From: Squalus acanthias
Lineage: Eukaryota
Assembly (NCBI GenBank): GCA_030390025.1
Contig: CM059425.1
Location: forward strand, 164,736,001 to 164,800,000
Direction: 5' to 3'
DNA: 64,000 nt
The notes beneath the pieces were generated by a model. It worked only from the letters and a program-made list of their open reading frames with translations, made no database searches and was not told the DNA's origin. Positions 12,965 through 25,785 of the stretch are shown here, in pieces (the stretch's first letter is position 1; the number at the start of each line of letters is the position of its first letter). Both the position numbers and the translations under genes were made by a program.

Positions 12965-15900
12965 GGGCTCGATTTTAATTCCCGAGGTGGGTTGGAGTCG
13001 GGTTGCATGGTGGGCGGGTTCAGGAGCCGCTTCCGGTGGGAACAGCTGCAGAGTTGCAATTTTTATTAAACTAGCTTGTTAATTTCATGGAGGCGCACTG
13101 GTTGGTCCAATGAGTGGGATCGGGTCGGCTGGCCGCATCTGATGACGTCATAATAGCAGCTGCTTTTAAAGCTGCCATCCAGCCTGAGCCTTTCCATTGT
13201 GGTTTCCTGCACTTCTTTTAAAAGCTATGACTTCTTCCAGAGGCAAGGCAACTCCTCGTTTTAATGATGAGTCCCTCCAAGTTCTTGTGGATGCTGTCAG
13301 AGGGCGCAGGGAGATTCTCTTCCCGCCTGATGGCCGGAGGAAGCCTCCTCAGTAGACCAAGGCAGCCTGGCTGCGCATTGCTCAGGAGGTGAGCGCAAGG
13401 TCCATTTATGCACGGTCATGGATCCAGTGCCGCAAAAGGTTTAATGATCTTGTGAGAACATCAAAGTGAGTATCCCATCACACTTGCCTTCACTCTGCAT
13501 CCCTTCTCTTCTCATCACCAGCATTCTGCGTTGTAAGCCTCCTCCTTCACATCCCACCTTACCCTTACTTCCCTTGCACCCTTTCCTATCCATCTCTGTC
13601 TCTGCACTGAATCACTTCAGCATCCTGCCTATGCAACCCTTACACTCGCTCTCACTGTCACGCAGTGACAATAACTAACAACGCACAGGGAGCTAGCTTC
13701 CTCTTGTCACCTTACCCCATCTTCGTCTCCCTCAAAGCTTCTATGGTAGGGATTATTGACCCTCACTCCATCACTGTGGCTGAAACACCGCTTGTCTCCC
13801 TCCGTGCAGGAAAAGATAGCCCACAATAAGAGGGAGAGAGCAATGATTGGAGGAGGAACACCTACCCTAGCCACATTGACCAGTGCTGAGGAGGCAGCAA
13901 ACGAGATTGTTGGAGGTGGCGAGGCCCTGGAAGTGGGCGATGGAGAGACAGGCACACTAGAGGAAGCTGGTGACATAATAGAGGTTCATTCCTCTCAGAA
14001 AGCAATGTAATATGATGTTCATAGAGAATCACTTTGTATCATCTGCTCAAAAGGATGTGTCTAATTCAAGCCTTTACTCTCCCACAGGACCATTGACCGC
14101 CCCCCTCCCCGTGATCCATCTCCTCAGAGGAACCTGAAGCCTCTGAGGGAGCAGCGTCACCAGGACTCAGCGCACCCAGCACCAGCGCAGCAACGCACAC
14201 CTCGGTGGGGCCATCGCGAGTTAGAGTAGTGTTGCCACCTGGTCTATCACAGCGCACAAGTGAGCATCAGCAGATGGTAGCGACAGCAGTGGAGAGTCCT
14301 CGGCGGAGGTCACAGGACTCTCCTAGCTCTGCAGAGCTGCATGCAGACGCTGTGCCTCTGGGGCCATCCAGAAAAAGAGCGGTTCGTGAAATAGAGGAAC
14401 AAGTGCAGGTGTCTCTGGAAGGGTTTGCCTCCAGGGTTAGTGCGAGTGTGGAGAGATGGAGGAGTCCATCTCTAATATCAGCACTGCCGCGGTGGAGGCA
14501 ATGGCGCATGAACGCACCACCATGGCTAGGATGGCAATCTCCGTGGAAAGGATGGCTATGGCCATGGAGGAAATAAGTCGCCAGAGTCAGGAATACATGG
14601 TGACTGTTCAGAATAGCCTGACATCTCTGGAGGAGCGATGGGCAGCTATTGAGCAGAGAGACCAGAGCTTCATGGACGTCCTTTTGAGGAGGACTGCCAG
14701 TGCAGATACGGGTCCTCATGGCCCTCCTGAAGTGCAGCAAGGTGCTCTCCAGCCACTTGCCAGCACTGAGGTGCGGCTGACCCATGAGAGGGATGTTGTT
14801 GGCAGGACAGAAGGAAGTGTGGGCTCCTCTCAAAGCGCTCGTACGACCATGCCACTGTGGAGCCCTCGGTCAGAGACCCACTTTGCAGAGACAACTGAGA
14901 TGGCCGTTTCAGCCCCTGCACAACTGCAGGAAGAACAGACTGTTGAAGAGCCCGTCCAGGTTCCCAAACCCAGAGGATGCTCGCCAAAGGCGTCTAAGCA
15001 GGCGCAGCATCCTAGTCAGCAAGGTGCATCTACATCTGCTGAAGCCACAGGGGAAGTACCACGTAGAAGCACGTGTAAGAGAAAGATTTAGCACCTATAG
15101 TCACAAGGGGAATCACTTGGGTGATGTTTCTTTTTTTGCTGGTATATTTTGCCATGTGTTACCAAGATAAATTATGTCAAACAGTTGATTGTATGGCCTA
15201 TGTATTCTGGGAAATGGCAAAAGTGCATTGAGGGCTCAAGGCGACGTGCATTTGTAATGCTGATGGTAAAAGTGATAGGAAATAAGAGGGTATAGCAGAG
15301 ATGAAGTATGATTTTGGACACGTGTCGCCTACAATTACAGAGCCATATGGTGGCCACCTATGGTCGAAGAGTAAGCCTATGGTAGTGTGGCATAGCAGTG
15401 TGCATAGCCTGGTTGACGGGCAGCAGTGAACTGCAGGGATGCTGCATTGGTCACAACAGGGCATGCAAGGCTCCCCTCATCCTCCTCCTCTTCCCACGAA
15501 GATCTGTGGTGAGCCACGCGGCTGCTACTCTCCGAATGATGAGGACCAGAATGAGAGGGCATAAATGTTTCCCATCCCCTTGCTATAGATTTCATTTGAG
15601 GCAACAATCTTGCAAGCGCACAGTCGAAGTGGCCTGAAATATTTCCATTCATGACACTGCAGATGGGTGTCAGCTTGAACAGTCAGAAGGTCAGTAGATG
15701 TGCAAAATCTTATCCCATACCTACAAGAGCAAAGTTGTTGCATTTGAATGTCAGCCATGTTTCAGGGGCGCTTTTAAAGCGCTCCACCAATGCATACAAA
15801 TCATGTCGTCCAGCAACCCATCTCCTTGAACCTGACCTGTTTCTGACTAGTTGGGAAACAGGAGCCAGTATCAGGAAAATGGGAAACCACTTTGAAAATA

Positions 15901-16090
15901 GGATTAGCAAGGCAGTTAACATGATGTTGTTAACCTTAATTACCTGTCCCACCGGTTGGAGTCGGGTCAGTTTGGGAGCGGCTAAACAGACACTCAGGAA
16001 AATCGTGTGGGGGTGGGATGGAGGCGGGTTGGGTGTCTGAAGCGATTTTTCCAACAGACCCGCCTCCTCAGGGCTATTAAAATCGAGCCC
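12965..16090 (+). mobile_element. Harbinger-type element carrying a Myb/SANT-like accessory gene but no recognisable transposase
   Basis: Perfect 15 bp TIR GGGCTCGATTTTAAT / ATTAAAATCGAGCCC; no clear TSD. Confidence 0.85.
13227..15091 (+). pseudogene. Three-exon Myb/SANT-like DNA-binding protein gene of Harbinger, disrupted
   Basis: Exon 13227-13465 MTSSRGKATPRFNDESLQVLVDAVRGRREILFPPDGRRKPPQ*TKAAWLRIAQEVSARSIYARSWIQCRKRFNDL; exon 13810-~13969 EKIAHNKRERAMIGGG; last exon coiled-coil-like, ending RRSTCKRKI; one stop plus frameshifts. Confidence 0.8.
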
Positions 16091-16536
16091 GTCGCATGCA
16101 GCTCCATGCTCATGATTCTGCACTTGATAAATTGCCAATCTCTACAATGGGGATGAATTGCCAATCTCTACAATGGGGATTTGCAGAGCAAGGACATGTA
16201 TTTTCCACCAGGAAGGAAGCAAGTAAAAACACCGGTCACCACACTCCTGTACCTCCTTGTGGCCTATACAGCAGCATTAACAAAAATCTGAGGGCAGATT
16301 CCCTGCCACACACACTGCAGAGGCAGAGGAAACCACATAATGTGAAAGGCAAGGTTTTGCATGAATTATTGTAACACTGACTTGGAGTGTATAAATGGCT
16401 TGTACACAGTCTTGGGGTTCTGACTACATAAACCACTTGAGCTGTGCTCACTGTTTATGATCCCATTTAAACTCCTTCAATGGTACATCCTCAAAATCTC
16501 TCTCCCAGCCAGTTGGTTTCTCTTCTCCCCAACTCC

Positions 16537-16569
<33 letters not shown>

Positions 16570-16939
16570 AAAGATGTTGCAATCTTGCTGAGGTACAGTC
16601 TTCCAATGAGCCTTGACTGTGATGGAGTTTCACCACGGGGCCATCATGGCTAAAGTTGACCCTGTCCTCACCTGATGTCCACATGTGTAGACTTCTACCA
16701 GAGATTGCTGGATAGCAATCGGGAACAGGAAGCTTAACCCATTTTCCTCTCCCTAAAATAGGGTACTTGGGCCAATTCTAGCATCCAACCACTGCCCTGA
16801 CTGAGGTTGAACCTGGGATCTTCCTGGTCTGCATGGCTCAGCTGCTCACTGAATACATTTGCTGCACTATTGGACAAGCTAAATAGTTCAAAACGCAGTC
16901 CCGTCGAGGCTTTGATGGCTTGTGTATAGAACCATTATC

Positions 16940-17075
16940 CTTCTGACAAAGGGTCATCACCCTGAACCGTTAACTCTGTTTTTCTTTCTCCACAGATGCT
17001 TCCTAACCTGCTGAGTACTTCCAGCATTTTCTATTTTTATTTCAGATTTCCAGCATCTGCAGTATTTTGCTTTTA
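16940..17075 (+). mobile_element. Penelope-like element 3' end with decayed hammerhead core
   Basis: ctgacaaagggtcatcaccctgaaccgttaactctg...cacagatgcttcctaacctgctgag...tttccagcatctgcag. Confidence 0.6.
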
Positions 17076-17200
17076 CGTTATCCTTCTATACTTGAATTAA
17101 TTTCATCAGACATTATTATTAAAGTTTCACATGTTAGAGTCTTGTTTCATCAGTGAACTAGAATTTCATAGATATGTTTATGCATTTTATTTTCCATTAG

Positions 17201-17387
17201 ACACCATTGACCTTAAAGAACCAAATGTGTCCTGGGTGAAGTTTAACATGAATATGAGTGGGTATTACATCGTACGTTATGAAGGGAACACCTCAAAGGA
17301 ATTAATTGGATTATTAAAAAATAATCATTTAGCGCTCAGTGACCATGACCGAGCCGGCTTCATCAATAATGCCTTTATGCTTGCAAG
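17201..17387 (+). CDS. LNPEP: LNPEP-like exon 7
   Basis: ttag|AC ACC...GCA AG|gtaatc; (D)TIDLKEPNVSWVKFNMNMSGYYIVRY...LSDHDRAGFINNAFMLA; 187 bp. Confidence 0.93.
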
Positions 17388-18404
17388 GTAATCAGCTGCT
17401 TTTAACCCTTTTATCTTTAGTATTATTGTTTACTTTCAGTACATTACAGCATATATATCTTTCGTACTGTTGTCCATTGTTAATCCGCATCACTGTGCTG
17501 TTTCAGTCAAGGTATGTTGAGCAAAAATAGAATATTGTAGTTGATAGAAGAGCTTCATCAGTATCTTTATAATATTTCTTTCTGCTGTAACAGTCAAGTC
17601 TGAGTCAAATTTTCTTGCTCATTAGTTAAATGTATTTTCTTCTTCATTTGGTTAAGTCTTTAGTTATTCTACTTCTCTAATTGTTTATTTTCTACTTTAA
17701 TTATTTACCAATCTTATTGGGTAAAGCCTTTCTTCCCATTTCATTCCCCCCCCCCCCCCCCCCAAAAAAAATGAACCACTCAATCTCATTGCAGCAAAAC
17801 TTATCCTCATGACACAGCCACCATGACCCTTTATACCCCACCTAAAAACTTGGGCTTGAGGAAAGCTTTTTGATATTGGTGATGATTTAAATGTTTTGAA
17901 TTAAATATTTTGAGGAAAAGTGAGAGAACCTTCACAAGCCTGCAATGCTATTTATGCTCGAGTAGAAATGTATGGGCCCCACCCACAGGCTTTGGATTCT
18001 ATTTTAAACAGCCTACATTCCCCTCTGCCTGTACTGCCCTTCCAGACCCATCTGTGCTCCACTCTCTGGCTCAAGTTTTTACATTTCATTTTTTTTCTAA
18101 ATCTACTCACCTCCCCAACACTAAGCCCTGCTATCTGCACACTACATACCTAAGTCCAAAACACACCCTCATCCTAAGTCTTGATGCTGCTTTCTACCCT
18201 TCACCCAAAACCTGCCTTCCCTGCAACTGGATCTAGCAGGCAAACAATGAAAGCTGTTCTCCAACACTGTGGGAAGTTTGCTCATTTTATTTATAAAGTC
18301 ACATATTTGCGACCTCATTGGGATATATTCTTTTGGTTATTAATTTTCCCTTCAGTATTTATGGCTCCATTTGCATGTGGGGCCACCCTAATAACATACA
18401 CCTT

Positions 18405-20680
18405 CAGTATAGGTAAGTGTGAGGTGGTATATTTTGGTAGGAAGAATGAGGACACACACTCCTTGGAAAATAAGTGTCTAAATGGGGTAGAGGAGTAAAG
18501 GGGTATAGGTACACAAATCACTAAAAGCAGGTTAATAAGGCCATAAAAAAACCATTGCGCACTGGGTTTCATTTCTGGAGGGATAGAATTAAAAAGCAGA
18601 TAAGTTATGTTAAACTTGTATCGAACCTTGGTTAGACCACACTTTGTGTACTGTGAACAGTTCTGGTCTCTATTATAAAAAGGAGATACAGCCACTGGAG
18701 AAGGTGCAAAAGAGATTTCCTAGAATGATACCGGAACTATCCTAGGGTTTTAAGAGGTGGCTATAGAGATAGTGGATGCATTGGTTGTCATCTTCCAAAA
18801 TTCCATAGATTCTAGAACGAATCCCGCGGATTGGAAGGTAGCAAATGTAGCCCCACTATTTAAGATAGGATGGAGAGAGAAAACGGGGAACTATAGACCA
18901 GTTAGCCTGACATCAATAGTCGGAAAAATGCTACAATCTATTATTAAGGACGTGGTAACAGGACACTTCAAAAGTAATAATAGGATTGAGCAGAGTCAAC
19001 ATGGATTTATGAAAGGGAAATCATGTTTGACAAATCTGTTAGTTTTTTGAGGTTGTAACGAGCAGAATAGATAAAGGGGAACCAGTGGATGTAGTGTATT
19101 TGGATTTTCAGAAGGCATTTGATAAGGGGCCACACAAGAGGTTATTAAAGAAAATTAGGGCTCATGGAATTGGGAGTAATGTACTAACATGGGTTGAGGA
19201 TTGGTTAACGGACAGAAAACAAAGAGTAGGAATAAACGGGTCATTTTCGGGTTGGCAGGCTGAAATTAGTGGGGTACCACAAGGACCAGTGCTTGGGCCT
19301 CAGCTATTCACAATCTATATCAATGATTTGGATGAGGGGACCAAATGTAATATATCCAAGTTTGCTGATGATACAAAGCTAGCTGGGAATGTAAGTTGTG
19401 AGGAGGATGCAAAGAGGCTGCAAGGGGATATAGACAGGTTAAGCGAGTGGGCAAGCACGTGGCAAATGGAATATAATGTGGAGAAATGTGAAGTTAGCCA
19501 CTTTGGTAGTAAAAATAGAAAAGCAGAGTATTTTTAAATGATGAGAGATTGGGAAATGTTGGTGTTCAGAGGAACCTGGGTGTCCTTGTACACGAATCAC
19601 TGAAAGTTAACATGCAGGTACAGCAAGCAATTAGGAAAGCAAATGGTATGTTGGCCTTTATTACAAAAGGATTTGAGTATGAGAGTAAAGACGTCTTACT
19701 GCAATTATATAGGGCCCTGGTGGAGACCACGTCTGGAGTACTGTGTACAGTTTTGGTCTCCTTACCTAAGGAAGGATATACTTGCCATAGAGGGAGTGCA
19801 ACGAAGGTTCACCAGACTGATTCCTGGGATGGGGGGATTGTCCTATGAGGAGAGATTGAGTAGACTAGGCCTATATTCTCTAGAGTTTAGAAGAATGAGA
19901 GGTGATCTCATTGAAACATACAAAATTCTTACAGGGCTCGACAGGGTAGATGCAGGAAGGATGCTTCCCCTGGCTGGGGAGTCGAGAACCAAGGGTCACA
20001 GTCTCAGAATAAGAGGTCGGCCATTTAGGACTGAGATGAGGAGAAATTTCTTCACTCAGAAATTGAAATTCTCTACACCAGAGGGCTGTGGATGCTCAGT
20101 CGTTGAGTATATTCCATGCGGAGGTTGATAGTTTTTTGGATATTATGGGGATAGTGCAGGAAAATGGAGTTGAGGTAGAAGATCAGCCATGATCTTGAAT
20201 GGCAGAGCAGGCTCAAAGGGCTGATTGGTCTACTCCTGCTCCTATTACTTATGAGAGGTTATACTTATTCGGAAAGATTGAACAGGCTGGGGGCTCTTTT
20301 TTCTAGAATAGAGGAGATTGAGGGGCGACCTGATAGTGATAGGGTAGACTCAGAGAAGATGTTTCTATTTGCAGGCGAGACCAAAACTAGGCCAAAATAT
20401 AAGATAGTCACTAATAAATCCAATAGGGAAATCGGGATCAACTTCTTTACCCAGAGGGAGGTTAGAACGTGGAACTCGCTACCACAAGGATAGTTGAGGC
20501 GACTAGCATAGATGCATTTACGGGGAAGCTCGATTTAAAAACATGAGGGAGAAAGGAATAGAAGGATACATTGATAGGGTTAGATGAAGAAGGGTGGAAG
20601 GAGCCTCGTGTGGAACATAAATACCAGCATGAACCTGTTGGGCCGAATGGCCTGTTTCTGTGCTGTAAATACTATGTAAT
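18405..20680 (+). mobile_element. Older CR1 3' fragment split by a younger CR1
   Basis: RT C-terminal text 18405-18738 resumes at 20251 (RGYTYSERLNRLG) and ends in a CR1 tail (gggccgaatggcctgtttctgtgctg). Confidence 0.8.
18739..20250 (+). mobile_element. 5'-truncated CR1 LINE, RT domain with frameshifts
   Basis: GNYRPVSLTS, YLDFQKAFD, GVPQG, KFADDTKL; tail gatcagccatgatc...tactcctgctcctat. Confidence 0.92.
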
Positions 20681-21034
20681 ACACTACTGAATTGCTCACG
20701 TGCCCTGGAGCATCTTCAGACCACAGTGGAGGTATTCTGGTGCGCACTCTCCTGAAATTTGTTTTCTCAGTTTGAGCACTTCTTGATCAAGCTTCAGATC
20801 AAACAGAAGCATGAGAGTTGCCCTTAAATTTCTTTAATTTGTGCTTTCAGTGTTGGTCTTCTGCAGTATTATACTTGCTTTAAAAGCATTTCAGATTCCC
20901 AGAGATGTGAAGAAATTTACTTTAGTGGCTAAACAGCATCCCATCAGATCATGATTTGTATTTATAATGGTGAAAGCTCAATTTTCTCTTGGATATTTTA
21001 ATGAAGTAAAGAGCGCTGTTAAAGTTTATGGGAT

Positions 21035-21640
21035 CCATGGCTTTTTAAATAGAGGCATATACAAAAGCAAGGAAGTTATGCTAAACCTTTATAAATCACT
21101 GGTTAGGCCTCAGTTGGAGTATTGTGTCCAGTTCTGGGCACAACATTTTAGGAAGGATATCAAGGCCTTGGAGAGGGTGCAGAGGAGATTTACCAGAATT
21201 ATACCAGGGATGAGGGGACATTAGTTATGTGGAGAGATGAGAGAAACTGGGATTGTTCTCTTTAGAGCAGAGAAGGTTAAGGGGAGATTTAATAGAGGCA
21301 TTCAAAATTATGAGGGGCTTTGATAGAGTAAATAAGGAGAAACTGTTTTCACTGGCGGGTGGGTTGGTAACCAGAGGACATAGATTTAAGGTAATTGGCA
21401 AAAGAGCCAGAAGCGAGATGAGGATACATTTTGTGATGATTTGGAATGCACTGTCTGAAAAGGTGGTGGGAGCAGATTCAGTAGTAACTTTCAAGAGGAA
21501 ATTGGATAAATACTTGAAAAGGAAAACTTTGCTGGGCTGTGGGGAAAGTGCGGGGGAGTGGGACTAGTTGCGTAGATCTTTCAAAAAGCCGGCACAGGCA
21601 CGATGGGCCGAATGGCGGCCTCCTGTGCTCTATGATTCTG
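21035..21640 (+). mobile_element. CR1 LINE 3' fragment
   Basis: LYKSLVRPQLEYCVQFW, LEQRRLRGDLIE; tail gggccgaatggcggcctcctgtgctctatgattct. Confidence 0.88.
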
Positions 21641-21752
21641 TGAACACTATTCTGGCTGTAAATAATGCTTTACATGCCACAGTGGAGTTTAAAAATACAT
21701 TCTTGGATTCCAGAGTTGTGTGGACTAATGTGTTTTTTCTCATTACCCTTAG

Positions 21753-21909
21753 TGCAGGGAAAATCTCAGTGAGAAAGGCACTGTCCATGACCAAATATAT
21801 GAAGAATGAAAGCAGCACTGCACCAATAACTGAAACATTGTTTCAGCTCAGCTGTATCTACAGGCTTGTGCAAAAGAGGGGAATGCTGATGCTTGCTGGT
21901 CGGGTGAAG
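21753..21909 (+). CDS. LNPEP: LNPEP-like exon 8
   Basis: ttag|T GCA GGG AAA...AAG|gtattt; AGKISVRKALSMTKYMKNESSTAPITETLFQLSCIYRLVQKRGMLMLAGRVK; 157 bp. Confidence 0.92.
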
Positions 21910-22303
21910 GTATTTGCTGTTTTTATCCTTTAGTATCTTGTAAATTTGTGTGTGTTCTGGAACAGAGTTGTGCAACATTTTTGTGGAATTATTCTATTCT
22001 ACCTGCCATAGCGTCATAGACATAACCGAAGGACACTGAATCTTAACTATAAGGTAAATGTAATTGTGGAAAAATACAGAAAAAGCCTTTTTTTTGTTTT
22101 TCTCATAACTTTGTCAATATGTGTAATGCTATTTATGCTAATTTGCTGGTTTCTTTTTAGAGCATAAAGTTGGGCTAGCCAATGTTTTGTTTTAAACCAC
22201 TCTCCCAACATTCCTTTTTTCTTTATACAAAATTTTTCTGAGCAATTCTTACCCTTTCCCATATCGGTGGGAGTGGAGGGGGGGCTTTATATTTATCTAT
22301 ATA

Positions 22304-22701
22304 CAGGAAACTTTTGTTTATCCGGCACCCAAATATCCGGAATTCTCGCTTAACCGGCAAAAATCATCCTCCGAAAACTCCTCTCAAATAACCGGCAATG
22401 TTGCCGAGTCGCAGTCGAGTCTCCGCGAACGCCGAGTACTCCGAAAACTCCTCAAATAACCGGCAATGTTGCCGATCCCGAGTCCAAGTCCGCGAACGCC
22501 GATTTAGTTAGTAGGGGTAGTTTTCAAAAGTGCCACTACTCGGCCTCCTGGCGCTGTCCGAAGTATACTGCACATTTCTTGATTTATTTATTTTTCTTTG
22601 TTAAAAATAGCCTCGGTAGATATAACTCTCCGTTATCCGGTACTTTTGATAAACCGGCACCACACCGGTCCCGTCGGTGCCGGTTAATAAAGAGTTTCCT
22701 G
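22304..22701. mobile_element. Tc1/mariner (pogo/Tigger-like) MITE, copy 1
   Basis: TA|CAGGAAACTTTTGTTTATCCGGCA...GAGTTTCCTG|TA; near-identical to 35988-36412. Confidence 0.85.
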
Positions 22702-22827
22702 TAGTATATTAAAGGTCTTGAGTTGTTCTGGGACAACTTGGAATTGTTGTGGAATAAAACTGTTGTGGAATGTGATCATTGCCACTAATGAACTTTTGTG
22801 TGTCCTACCCAAATGTCTGTATTGCAG

Positions 22828-23012
22828 AAATATATTTTTGATCTTTTTGGAGACCTGATTGATCAGCAAACCTGGAGTAACAATGGATCACTGTCTGAAA
22901 GGCAACTTCGTTCCACACTTCTTGATGTTGCTTGTGATTACAACTATAATACATGTGTCCAGAATGCAAGTGACCTGTTTACCAAGTGGAAGGATTCTAA
23001 AGACTTCAGCTT
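22828..23012 (+). CDS. LNPEP: LNPEP-like exon 9
   Basis: gcag|AAA TAT...AGC TT|gtaagt; KYIFDLFGDLIDQQTWSNNGSLSERQLRSTLLDVACDYNYNTCVQNASDLFTKWKDS; 185 bp. Confidence 0.93.
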
Positions 23013-23227
23013 GTAAGTGGTTAAGCTGACATTACCTTCTTGCTGTATTTGCCTTTTCAAGTATCAAAGGGCCTATAGGCTCCACTTTGAGTCTCTAATT
23101 CTTTTGATAATATTTGTAGAAATAGATGTCATTTTTTATACTTGAACTGCATCTGTGTGTTTTATTCAGCATGTCTTCCAAATATGACATATGATTGATC
23201 ATTTAAAAAAAAAGTCTCCACAGGAAT

Positions 23228-23975
23228 GGGCCAGAAATTCGGCTCTCCGGCTTCCCGCGGGTGCAAGGATCGCGCGCGTACTTGCCTGCCGTTGTGCTTT
23301 GGGCCCGCGTGGACTTTGGCTCCTGGGCCTCCTGCAGCTGACGGCGCGCAGTGCTTGCGTATCCCAGGGGCGCAGTTAGTTCGAAGCATCCCCTGGGATC
23401 ACGTGGGCCATGGAGAGCCAATCGGAGCAGGGAATCTCCATTCATAGATTTTGACAGGAAGACCTGTCAAATCTATGAATAGAGATCGGCCCCAAAACCT
23501 CACTTAAACTTCAAATAAATTTAAAAAAAAACATTTTTAAAATAACTGAATTACATAAATTTAAATTTTTGTTTAAAGTAGTTAATTTTTGAAAAAATTA
23601 ATTACACTTTTTAACGGTGCTAAAAATAAACTTACCTTTCTTTAAAGTATGTAAAAAAGATAAACCTGTTGAAAAAATGTTTAAATTCTACTTAATTCAC
23701 CACTTACCTTGTTAAAAGCAGGCCTTGCGCCTCCTTTTTTCCTGCGCAGCTTCTCTGTACTTACCCTCACGGAGAAACCTGAAAAAAAAAATGAAGTTTG
23801 CTGCGTGCGCGCTGCCTCTCCTGGCGCACGCGGTTGACCCTCGAACCCCTTTCACGAGACCGGAAGTTCCGGTTTCCCGTGCATGCGCAGTGCATATGCG
23901 AAATCGGCACTTCCGGTGGCCCTACGGGTGAGTACACAGCGCATACTCACCCGTGGAGACCCGAATTTCTGCCTC
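23228..23975 (-). mobile_element. ~750 bp hairpin-rich Harbinger-type MITE, copy A
   Basis: GGGCCAGAAATTCGG...CCGAATTTCTGCCTC; flanks AAT/ATT; strand labels give relative orientation only. Confidence 0.88.
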
Positions 23976-25785
23976 ATTATTATCACCAGTGTGCATGTGT
24001 AGTGTAGCCCAGCCATAGTTCAATGTGCACTTCAAAGAGAGAGAGAGAAAAGAGAAGTAACTTGCATTTATATAGCACCTTCCACAACTTCAGGACGTCC
24101 CAAAGTGCTTTATAGCCAATGAAGTACTTTTAAAGTGTAGCCACTGTAATGTAATATAGGGAAAGTACAGAGGGAATTAGTAGACTCCTAGTAATTCACC
24201 CTGCTTAAATAACCACGTGTTTATTTAATTACAGTCCCCAGTACTTGCACTGTCCCTGCTTATCCCGGACAGCCACCTATATTGGGCCATTTGCCTTTAC
24301 TATAGGTGTCAATTACAAAGGAGCTGCTTAACTGCTCAAAATTGGGCCAGCTATTTCAGGCAGTTAAAATGTGATTATCTGTTTGCCCCCTGGCCCCCCC
24401 CCCCCCAATGGCCTCTAGAACTTGAGCCACTGCTGCAAGCCCTTCTTGCTGGCTTGCTGAGTTGGACACATTTTAAATTTTGGGAAAAGGCCAACTTAAA
24501 AATAATAAAGAATTGAAGTGAAACATTCTGACTCTGTTTTCAGATGAGAGCACGTACCCGGCCCTTTAACTCGCCCTTCTACAGACAGCTGACAGTTCCA
24601 GGGTTTTAATCTCAGCAAAGTTGACACATGCATCGGTTGTCAGTGCAGGCTTCTGAATCACCTTCTCTGTGCTGAACATAATTATCCTGAGTTCTTTTAT
24701 GCCTTCACACCATCATTTATCTCTTACACTGACCAGCAACACACTCTCTAAGCAGTGGGAACTGTACTTGCAGATCATAGTTTACTTTTTTTAATTTGTT
24801 AGATATTTTATGGAAACTAATGATTTTGGCCTTTTGCTGGCAAGCTGTCTGTTTGGAAACTTTCTTTTTCATGCCTAAAAATTTGTCATTTTATTGATTG
24901 GGCCTGTGCACTCTGAGTATACTTGCCTTAGACCCATCTGTCATTTTTACCCTCGGACTCTGTCCACTGATCTTCTGATCTAGTAGATTGTCCCTACAAC
25001 CCACTTCTGAAGAATGCAAAAGATCACTAGTACATTTGATTCTTTTTGTCACAAAACTTACTTACAGTGGATAGTATCATTAAGAGTCCATCTCATTCAA
25101 ATTGCCTCCCTTGTAATGGTTGTTTAGGCATTAACAAGATTCTATTTTAAATTCAGGGTTACTCGGTGGTAGCCTAGTGTCCACAGCCAGATGGAGAAGC
25201 CCTCGTGTATGACTGGTGCTCCTGGCTGGTTTTTCACTGCATATGTTGCTGATTCTACTGAGTTATGACTCTTTCACACTGTCTCTGTACAGATTATGCA
25301 TGTTCCATGAACACTAACAAGTCAGAAACTTCAGTAAGCAATCCAAAATCGTTCAATTACAACTTGTTGACTTCGATTTAAGGCTGGCTGGCAACCAGTT
25401 TTTTTTTTCGTGTGAAGATTGTTATTGTCACAATGTAAAGTTTAAGCAATGAAAATTCACTCTATCAAACATTTCATGGCAAAATCATAGTTGAAAATCC
25501 TATTTTACTTCATGCTGTGTCTGAATGAATGATTACCGTGAGGTTTGGGGGTGGTAGTGGTATGCTACCCGATTTAGATGAGTATCTAGACAGTTTTTAA
25601 GAAGTTAATTAAATCCCATGACTGTTTCATGATTATAGCAGTACAATCTCAAACCAGCTGGCCTGGCTGACTTGTGCATTGCCTGCGTTACGATGACAGA
25701 TGCAGCAGTATTTGCATTGCATCTGTCCTTAATTTAAGGACTAAGGTTAAATACTTGGTGGTGGCAGGGTGGGGGGGGGGGGAGA

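Noticed and set aside
22304..22701. CRISPR-like direct repeats
   Set aside because: Only two internal duplications inside a TIR-bounded eukaryotic MITE; no unique spacers or cas genes.
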